Positions 30,615 through 41,300 of a DNA stretch of 64,000 nt are shown in pieces (position 1 is the stretch's first letter; each line of letters starts with the position of its first letter). The notes beneath the pieces were generated by a model. The model did no database searches, was not told the DNA's origin, and saw only the letters and a program-made list of their open reading frames with translations. The position numbers and the translations under genes are program-made. The DNA lies in IMG/VR virus record IMGVR_UViG_3300042934_000547, positions 167,976-231,975 of that record. One strand, given 5' to 3'.

Positions 30615-32258
30615 TTATCTACCTAAGTATTGTCTCATTAAGTTTGAAACTTTCTCCTCAAATAATCTACCAGTATTTCTCCATATATCTTGTGATACTA
30701 AATTATATTTATCGTCAAGCCATAATTTAAGTTTACGGTCGAGTTCTATTTTAGCAATATCTATTCCACATAAATTGGCTATGAAATCCATCATCAAAGT
30801 ATTATTCAAAAATTGAGTCATGGTGTTTGGTAAATATAATCCAGAATATAAATCTTTGATACTCAAATCCACATCAATCTGAGTAGGTAAGTGATCTATA
30901 TTCCAACTACCTTCTTGACCTTTATTAAATGATAATCCAGTGATTAATCCGACGTCTACGCTAAATACACTTCGTAAAAATCCCCTCACCAAGAAAGGTT
31001 TTCCATATGAATTAGGAGAAATTTGTTTAGGTATAGTCATCGCTAATAATTTTATTAATGGTATTAAGCAATATAAATATATTGCTAATGTGTTTCCATA
31101 TGGAGATGTAAATTTCATTTTAACAGAATAATCTTTAGAGAAAGATGAATCACCAAATATTTCTGGATAATCTAATTTTCCTCCAGAAACTATTGTTGTT
31201 GAGGCATCGCTAATTCTATCTATAAATCCTTGCGGCATGAATCCAAATGCAGCACTAGCAGCTTTTTCAATAACTTCTCTGTCACGCATAATATCAGTTT
31301 CGGGTCTGTTAGCCACATTAAGTCCGGCATTACCGAGAAAAAATTCCATTTCTTTAACTGTCTCTGACATTTGATTGATTTGACTACCGAGTGACGATTC
31401 CCTAGATTGGTTTCCTATACTATCTGAGACAGATACTTCACCTTCAACATAAAATGGTACAACTTCATTGGCTGAAAAGAATTTCTTAAATGACGTACCT
31501 TCTCCGGTATCTTTACCCCAATCATAACTTTTTAATGGAATTCCATTATATAATTTATAACCAATACCTAAGTATTCAGCTGTTGCTCTTGCCAACATAT
31601 TAACCTTCTCATAATATTGTTGGTATTGAAATTCAAAAGTATATAACCTACCTTCAACTCCATCTAGTAAATCAGTTAGTTGAGTTTTAGTTAGGCTTCC
31701 TTGATTAACCATACCCATTAAAACGTCTGTTCTATCTTTCTTTGTTTTACCTTCAAGAAACTTTGGACCACCCGGGGACAACATTAGAAGAGGCATTCTT
31801 TCCAATATACGTTTATGATACATTTTACCATATGGAGATTGTGTTGATGAACTGATTTCAGATAATCTTATATCAGCAGTATCAAGAAACTGGAATGGTA
31901 ATCCGTTTATTCCTCTCAATGGTTCTTTTATCTCCAACCACGGTGAGTTACCAGTACCTATAGTTGGTACGTTTCCGAATCCCCCACTTGGTGGTGGAGG
32001 TGCTTGTGGTGTTGGGGCTGGTGTTGGTTGTTGTTCATCTGATTTAACTGTCATATATGCATAACCAGTACCACTACTAGTCCATCCAGTAGAATCATGA
32101 TACCAGTGACGTGGACCTTCTATTACTCTTTCAGTCGATGTCCATACAGTACCTTTCTTACGAACTTTACCTGTAGCACTAGATGATAAACTGGGACCAG
32201 TTCTTATATGACAATCTCCAGTTTGTGTTATTGTATAAGTAGTTGCCATGTTATACAA
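30615..32258 (-). CDS. Tail/baseplate protein with N-terminal SH3b-like domain and Pro-rich linker
   Basis: HIRTGPSLSS...WYH..GWTS SH3b-like pattern, PTPAPTPQAPPPP linker, tube-initiator-like C-terminus. Confidence 0.55.
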   Translation of the reverse strand: MYNMATTYTITQTGDCHIRTGPSLSSSATGKVRKKGTVWTSTERVIEGPRHWYHDSTGWTSSGTGYAYMTVKSDEQQPTPAPTPQAPPPPSGGFGNVPTIGTGNSPWLEIKEPLRGINGLPFQFLDTADIRLSEISSSTQSPYGKMYHKRILERMPLLMLSPGGPKFLEGKTKKDRTDVLMGMVNQGSLTKTQLTDLLDGVEGRLYTFEFQYQQYYEKVNMLARATAEYLGIGYKLYNGIPLKSYDWGKDTGEGTSFKKFFSANEVVPFYVEGEVSVSDSIGNQSRESSLGSQINQMSETVKEMEFFLGNAGLNVANRPETDIMRDREVIEKAASAAFGFMPQGFIDRISDASTTIVSGGKLDYPEIFGDSSFSKDYSVKMKFTSPYGNTLAIYLYCLIPLIKLLAMTIPKQISPNSYGKPFLVRGFLRSVFSVDVGLITGLSFNKGQEGSWNIDHLPTQIDVDLSIKDLYSGLYLPNTMTQFLNNTLMMDFIANLCGIDIAKIELDRKLKLWLDDKYNLVSQDIWRNTGRLFEEKVSNLMRQYLGR

Positions 32259-32281
32259 CCTCCCTGTATTATTAAAAATAA

Positions 32282-32307
32282 AGGTGCTAGGTTAAATCCT
32301 AGCACCT
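32282..32307 (-). terminator. Terminator after the tape measure gene
   Basis: aggtgctagg-ttaaat-cctagcacct with T-tract on the minus strand. Confidence 0.75.
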
Positions 32308-32313
32308 AATTTG

Positions 32314-35300
32314 TTATTGTGTTAGTGGTAACATTGCAGCGATTAATGCCGTTAAACTATTGTCTCCTGTTCCACCCTTACCACCCTTTTCATTGATGAT
32401 ATTGAGTAATGCATTTGGGTTTATAGAGTTTCCAGAAGAAGACTTCTTAGTAAGTTCTTTAATATCGTTCTCAGTGATATTTATATTTAATTTTTTGGTA
32501 ATTAAATTCAATATGTCTTGGAGAAGCTCATTCGTTCTACCAATATTAGATACTGACATTACAATCCTTGTAAGAAGTTCAATTAAGTTGGCATCAATTG
32601 TACCAGCGTTGATTGTTGTGTTAATATTTTGACCACCGAAATTACTTTTCATTATATTCTCACGGTCACGCATTGACAATTCGGCAACTGATGACATATC
32701 AGCATCCATAAACTCAAAACTATTAGGATTATCCATAGCATCTAATTTACGGCTCTCATCAGCAAGTTCAAATGCACTCTTAATAACAGGAGATGTTTTA
32801 CCGAACCCACCAAATCTACCAGATTTCTTAGCGTTACCAAATCCACCTATCTGAGCGTTAGGATCAAAGTTCTTAACCCTAGATGCCATTATATCCGATA
32901 TAGTACCAGACCATTTTGGATCAGATGCGTAGTATTTATTCACACCACCCAAACTTCCATCGATATAATATTTTCCACCCGGTGTTAAATAGTTATTCTT
33001 TAACAATCTTGCTGTCTCATCGAAATTTTGAGCCGGGCTATCGAATGTTCTGGCTGATTTATATGGACTGCTATCATAAGCTGCATAACCAGAGAAATTA
33101 TTTTTATTTTTGGCTAAGGCACTTGTACCCCATCCACTTTCAAGAGCGACTAATGAAGATAAGAATAATGGATTTACACCAAATTTATTGGCTGCATTAG
33201 CTAAATCATTGGCATGTTTCTTCAATGGTTTATTTGCATAGGCACCAGTAAAGAATTTGTTTTGTAAATCTGCCCCACTTAATGAACCAAATCCACCACC
33301 ACGTCTTCTAACAAATCCCATACCAGCAGGCATTTGAGCTAGATTAGATGTATTGACAGCAGTTGAATTGATATTAGTGTAACCACCTATAGCATTAGCG
33401 AATGAAGCTGCTAAACCAGTAGGCATTTGAGTTCCACCATTCTCACGTGTCCAGTTAGCGATTTTTGATAAGATATTCTCATGGGTTTCGAATCCGTATT
33501 TAGTTCCAACAACTCCCATAATAGCATCACCGAATAAACCAATACCAGACGCCATTTTACCCATCCAATCAAATAATCCACTTTCTTTATTACCACCTTC
33601 AGCAATAGTTGGAACATTTGCGAACCCTGCACGATCGGTTAAACGTAAGTTCTTACCATTAATGTCAGTATAAGCCCACATGCTCTTAGTTGTTCCATTT
33701 TTGAATAATGCATCCTTTGAAAACTCTGTACTTTCTCCTTCACCCATAGGGTCATTTACCCATACACTATTATCACTAGCCATACCAGTTACAACTGAAT
33801 AATGACCACCCGGAGTATATGGAGTAGTACTAATATTTCCTTGACCATTTATAACAACTGGTCTACCCGCTTCAATATTTGCTTTTAATGAATCCCAAGT
33901 ATTACTAATATTCTGTCCCTTTACGTTGTAATCACTTAATTGTGGATTACTACTGCTAGAGAACATGTCATGAGCAGTTCCTGCATTATCAATCCAATAA
34001 CGTAATCCCATATCTGTTAAATCTAGCGGTGATATAGGTTTATTGTTAAATGCAGATGTAATCATTGACATTGCTGTTGGTCCACATGCAGCATCACCAT
34101 ATGTGTAATTTTGAGCATAATACAAATCTTTCCATTGAGGATCATTTTGGGACCAATATGGGAAACCATTAAGCAATCTTAATTGGTTATTAAATGATAC
34201 GTTTTCACCAACCGTAGTTGCTTTTCCATCTAGGTATTCTTCATAACCTCTCCACCTGTTGTATATTGCATCTACTCCCGTTTGTTGTTCTAATGCCTTC
34301 CTTAATTCTTCATTATGAGCATTAGTTTTTTGATAATAATCTGGTGCTAAAGATTGTTGATATTCAGTATATTTCTTCCAATAATCAGTATTCTGAGATA
34401 TTGGAGTACCCTTTGGCGTCGTTGATATCCGTCTAGAATTTGATGTCCTATTCGCTGGTTTACCTTTATTATTACCGAATCCTCCACCAGTTAAATATTG
34501 TTTCGAATTTGATGAAGTTCTCGGATTTATGAATTTAAACTTACTATTACCGAATCCTCCACCAGTTAAATATTGTTTCGATGAATTTGATTTACCACCC
34601 ATCCCAACTACTGTTGAATCACCATCTTCGATTATATAACTATCAGCGAGTTCTCTCTTGGTTTGAGATTTAGGCACTGATGGAACTTTATCTAGATACT
34701 TATTCTGTAATTGAGCCATTGTTCTGCTATCTTCAGTTATATCTAATTCGCCATTCCATGCATCATATAACCATACCGCAAGTTTTTGAAGGAAGTTATA
34801 TCCTAAGAATGATGTTGTTACTAAGTTGACAATTTCGAGAATCCATACAGCAGGAGCTTGTAATAAAAATTGCATCACTCCTGATATTGCTTGCATTTTT
34901 GCATCAACATCTTCTTTTGGTACTCCAAACCATTTAGCTGCACCTGTCTTTGATGCACCCCATGCTCCAAATCCAACCATGAATACTAGATTCACAATTC
35001 CACCGGTAGCAATACCAGCAACATCTCTACCAGATTTCTCAGCTATTTTAGCTGCAATTTTGGTATTACTGAAGTATTTATGACAGCTAGAAAATGTATT
35101 TTTGATAAATGCACTAAGTCCTTTTTGACCAAAGTTAGGCATGAATTTTTTAACCACTTTGAGGATACTTTCGATAACTGGATCTAATAATCCAACAAAC
35201 CAAGTAACTAGTTTACCTCTAGAACCTTCAACAGCAGTTCTTATACCTTTCTTGCTTATATTTTTAGCTGTGACTTCTGCACCCTCTTCTAATACTTCTT

Positions 35301-38300
35301 TAGCACCAACTTTAGCAGCACCTTTTGTTGCTTCTTGCATACTTTCATTTAAGACCTTATCTGCTGCTTTTTTGGTAACTTGTTCAGCACCTTTACCAGT
35401 TGCTTCTTCAACGCCTTCGATTATTATTTTTTCGCCGGTCTTCTTCAATGCACCCTCTGCGACTGTTTCAGTGGCTTCTTCGGCAACTTTCTTACCAAAT
35501 AATCCTTTGATGCCCTTCCATGCACCTTTGACACCGTCTTTAGCTTTTCCTACTAAAAATCCACCAGCAGCACCTGCTCCAGTTGAAATCAGACTAGTAC
35601 CATAACCAGTAGCTGCTCCGACTCCCCATTTAGCTACTTTCCAACCAGTGTATATTTTTAGGAAATCTAACAAATGTTCTTTATTTGCCACCATAATATC
35701 CCACATGTTCTGTAGTATGATAGGCATATTTTCTATTATCTTTTGACCTATTCCTAGAATACCTTCTTTAATCTTATCTAAGAATGTAGGTAATTTTTCA
35801 GTTAGAAATGGTTTAATATGACTAGTCCAGATTTCTCCGAATTTATCTCCAGCTTTACCAGCAGCTTCAGCTGGATTATTCCATATCCATTCCATATTTT
35901 TACCAAATCCAGTATTACCCAACCATTTTGACCAGATAGTTTTAGCAGCCTTCACACCTAAGGTACCGAGTAGCATTTTACCCAAGAATGGACCAACGCC
36001 TTTTAATAAATTTCCAACAAATCCTAGACCATGAGTAACCTTGTCTTTTATATTTGTTGTAGCTTTACCAAAAGCACTTTCACTAATACCAGTTATCATG
36101 GATTTTAATTTACCCCATTGCTTGAAGTTCTTATCCTGAATTGGTCTCCATTCACCACTTGAATCCTTATCGTATTTAATAGGAATTCCTTCATCTGTGA
36201 ATATTGTTATAGTTTTACTTTCAGCATCATAAGAACCCTTAGAGTATTTTGTTAATTCCTCTTCAGTCATCTTATTAGGGTCATAGTAACTACCACCATT
36301 TAATATTTCTTGATGGCGTTTAGTCTGTAAGTCTAAAGTTTCTTGACCTATTGTTGTTCCAGTATCAGGTACACCATTTTTGGATTGAAGATTAACAACA
36401 TTTGATTTAGCTGTCTTCTCCTCTAATGCCTTAAATTTAGCTCCATCTTTTCCATGTACCATGAAATCACGTTGAGCTTCGAGTGACTCTAATATCTGGT
36501 TTTGAATGCTAGTTTGTTCTTTAGCTATCTCATTACCTTCTTCAGCAACAAGTGTAGCTCCATCCTTCGGTAATTTCTTTGCATCCATTTCTTTTTTATA
36601 CTCAGCATAAGTCTTAAATCCTCTTTGTTTAGCAAAGGTATTACTTTCGGATAATAGATACTCCATACCTTTTAAAGCCTGAGAATTACCGAATGAATTT
36701 TTAATACCCTTTGTGTATCTTAATTCAGATTCACGGAACTTTTCTTCTTCTGTGTCGAGTACGTTAAATTGTTTTCTATATCTCTTAATAAAATTAGCTT
36801 CGCCTTTTTCAATGGCTTTATCCATCTTATTTTTAGTCTTTAGATATAATTTTTCAACTTGGTCAAACGTGTTAAACCATTCAGCTCTGTCCATAGGACT
36901 CTTTAAATCAACTAAACCACGTTCATACTCGTTTTTCATTGCGTGATAACGTGCTTCGATTTCATCAAATCCACGTTTATCTCTATTTTGCCAGAACTTA
37001 GTCAGAGAGTTTTGTTTCAGTTTTTCTCTTTCTGTTTCCATCTCTTTAGTTATTCTAGTTCGTTTATCTTCTACATTAACTTTGAATTGGTCTCGTATTC
37101 CTTGTCTGGTTCTCTGAGCTTTACCCGCAATACTACGTTGAGCATCAGATTGCATAAAGTTTGGACCTAAAAGTTTACGTAGCCATGGGTATTTATTAGC
37201 AGAGTATCTTGGGTCAATACCTTGAGCAGCTTCAGCCTTAGCTTGTTCTATCTCACTTTGTAATTCATAGTATTCATCCTCAGACATCTTCTCAGTAAAC
37301 TCCATCATGTTTTTATCATAACGATGGAATTTATCTCTACCATGTAATACACCTTGGGTACTACCCATCACACCTAATCCTAGTCCTAAAGCTGGATTTA
37401 TAGCTCCACCGCCAATAACCCCAAATAGAGTTTTTAATATTCCACCCTTAGAAGTTAATCCCGGTCTGAAATATTTATTATTTCGTACTCTAAATGTCTC
37501 ACGTTCTTCTGCTGTCATGTAATCAGCATCACCTTGACGTATATGCTTAGCCCTAAGTGATTTGCTACTTAATCCTAATGCACCTAAAACTCCATTTGTA
37601 ACAGCACCGAATAGATTAATTGGAGTACTCACAACACCCTTAATTAAAGCTCCAAGTGGTTTGAATAGGAATTTAGTCATAAATCTTTTAATTGGTCCAC
37701 CAATGGTTTCATCAAATAAACCTTTGACATAATTACCTAATTTCTTTCCAACTAATTTCAGTTCTTTTCCAAATGGCTGTAAAGCATACAAGAATGGATT
37801 CTTTATTTTCTTATCGAAGAATTCTTTAAATCCATCTTTCATACCAGATATCATTTTCTTAAATGGACTAGTTATAGCTTCTCCGACAATAGGTATTAAA
37901 CCATTTTCACGTTTCTTAGTAACTGGGTCCCATTTACCAAATATCATTTCTCGTACTGTATCATTTGTTGAGAGTGCTCCAAGAGTTCCTCCGAGTAAAG
38001 TACCACCAACTAAACCAAATGGTCCAATAAAGCTTCCGATAGCTCCTATAGCCGCACCACCCAATGTCTTTGGTAATGCCTTTTTAAAGGTTTCCTGACT
38101 TTTCTTACTAAATAAACCGTTATCATCAATACCATCACCGAATAAGAACTTTTGAGCTCCTTCATTATTCTTGGCAAATGCAATAGCAGAACCAGCTAAT
38201 AAACCAGTGATAGGTCCACCCGGTACAAATGGTAATATGGACATTAAAGCTCCACCAACACCAAGTTTGAGTGTATCTGGTGCATATTTGTTAAAGGTTC

Positions 38301-41300
38301 TAACAAGTTCAGCCGGAATCATACCATCATCAGCTCTATTACCCTTAGCATCTTTAGTACCGAATAATTTATTTTGTAAAGTTTCACTATTTTTAATGAT
38401 ATTAACACTAGCACCCACAGCAGCACCAAGTAACGGTCCACCAATGACACCCGGAATCAATCCAATAGCTCCACCGATTAAAGCTCCTGAAACTCCTTCA
38501 GGTAAATGATCTAAAACTTCATCATAAACCTTTCTAGAATTAAGCTTAAGGTTTTTCTTAAACTCTTCTTCCTTACCTTGTTCAATACCAGTAAAAGCTG
38601 ATACAGCTGTAGATATTTCATCAGCCATTTCTCTTTTTATAGCTCCGAATAAACCTCTTTCGCCATAATTTTCTTTATCCCATTCATGGGCTTTATCGAG
38701 ACCTTTACCGAATTTATTACTAGCTTTATTTTTAAGATCATCAAGGTTATCAAAATCCATAGTCTTATAAAATGCATCAAATACCTTGGTCTTGATATTA
38801 TATAAATTCTTATTATCACTTTCGTAAGCATAAGGTTCTTGAATAACACCCATTTGCTCCCTAAGTGTTTTTCTAATAATATTATTATCAAAACTAAAGT
38901 TTTTAAGATTAGGATCTTTTGCAGTAGGAATTGCCTTTTTAGCTTTTCTTCTAGCTGTATCGATATCTTTGATAGCTTTATTAAACTGCTCTCTAGTGAG
39001 TTGTCCTCGTTTATACATCTCACCAAAAGCCATAGATAGAGTATCATACATACGATTTGTGCCTTCGATGTATCTTAAACGCTTAAGTGATAGAACTACT
39101 TCCGTTCCGTCTTCACCAAGTGTTGCCACTGTTGGTTCACTAACAACGCCTTGAGCAGCAAAAGCAGGAATCTTCTCTGCACCCAATAATTGATTAGTTA
39201 TCCTGTCCTGTGCATCCTTACTATGATTATTGATGTACGGTACATTTTTTGTAATCCTCTTAGCTTGTTCTTTATCAAGCAGATTCATTGGTAAAAAGTC
39301 ATAATCATCATCTGTTAACTTACCAAAAACTCCACCACTAAAAGCATTTGCTTGTATAGGACCCTGTTTATTCTTAATTTTACCATCATGAATTAATTTT
39401 CTGATAGCTGGAATATTACGAGGATCTTGATAATTATCTTGTGTTATTATACTATCAAGGTTTGGAGCTGATATACCTCGTTTTTGTAAAATTGTTCTCC
39501 ACTTATCCCTAGTGTATTGAAGTGGATTAATTGAACCTAAATTGCTTTTAGCAATTCCAAGGGCATTTAACTTTTCAGCTTCTCTATCATCTGCATCATC
39601 GAATAACTTCATTAATGACTGATAATCGCCATAATTTGTTCTTTCCCTTAGATTACCACTTCTATCCTTAGCCCAAGTATTAAAGTTTGTTGCATTAGAT
39701 AGAACTTTTTGTGTATTTAAACCACCCTCTGATGATAAATCTAATCTATCAGGAGATGTTGGTGTAAACTTAGATACGAATTTTGCCATAGCTGGGTGAT
39801 GAGATAATCTCGTATCAATTATCTGTAATAAATTCACCATATCGGATACTTTAGCCATCATGCCTTTCATGAATATAGCTGGATTAGCCTGCATATTTCC
39901 GAATACAGATTGGTTATTTTCATTATCTTTAAACTTAGAACGAATATCGTTTTGTTCTTGTACGTAGTGAAGTTGTTGTAATAACGCCGAGCTGGATTGT
40001 TTATCAAGTTCATCGAACGAGGTCATAGCACCAGATGTACCAAACAGATCATTGTACATTTTTTCTTTTTCTTTTCTTATACTAAATGTACCACTTGTAC
40101 GTCTATATGAACCTATTTGTTTACGACGTTGCTCTATAGCTAATAATCTATCTTTAAGTCTAGTAATTTCTATGTCGATAGCTTTATTACGGTTCTTATA
40201 ATAATCAACTCGTTTCTTATATCCAGATGATGCTTGAGCAGTTTTTCTTTTATCACCTGATTGTTTAGATTTATTAACTTCACTTAACCAAGCACTTAGT
40301 GATTTATTATTGGACTCTTTTTCAGACTCCAACTTTTTAATCCTTTGGGAGATTTCTCTTGATTCCTTAGTCAATGTATCAAGTTCTTTGAGATAATCAT
40401 CATAATTCTGGCTATTATCAACAAATTTACTCTTTAATTCTTGAGTTCTACTAGGAGTTAATCCAAATCCAGCTGTTTCTAATCCCTGATTTACAATATC
40501 AGAATAATCAATTTCTTTCTCTTTCTTATCTCCAACGAACCAGCTAAACATTCCTCGTGTATCTTCACCGATTTGTTTAGTAAAGTCACCCATAACCCCG
40601 CCGTGTCTCCATCCTTTAGCATCTTTCTCGCCAAATAGATGTGTCATAAACTCGTCGGCTTTATCTTTAGCTTTACCTTTCCATTCGTCAACCTTTTCAA
40701 AAACACCCCAATCTTCTAATCTTTCACGGAGAGGAGTTAGAAAATAATCATTAATTTTATCATTAAGTTTTTCGAATGTGTTACGAATACTAACAACCAT
40801 CATATCCATATATCCACGGACTTTTTCGCCTTGATAGTTAACTTCTTCACCACCATAGAAGAATTCATAAATTCTTTTATCAACCTTACTAAGCATTTTA
40901 GTGATGGTTTCGGTAGGTTTACTAAGAACTTCGGACATTTTATCTGATGTGTATGTAAATTTATCAACAATGCCATCGGCAGCAATAAGACCATCTAAGA
41001 AACCAATCTTTTTACCAGCTTCATCATTAGATAAATCATATTGACCATCTTCTTTTTTCTTCATCCATGGATAAATTTTTCGGTCTTTCTCCCTAGCATT
41101 TTCTAGAGCTTTTTGTTCGATTTCAGCAACCTTTCTTTTACGTTCTAATTTACTTTCTGTATTATCACTAAAGGTTCCATCTTCATTTTCATCATCAAGT
41201 AAGCCAGAAAATAATGGTCTACCGTGTTCATCGTCCCATTCTCTATCTTCTTGAAGTTTTCGTTTAGCATTGATATTTAGATTTTGATAATAAGTAGCTT

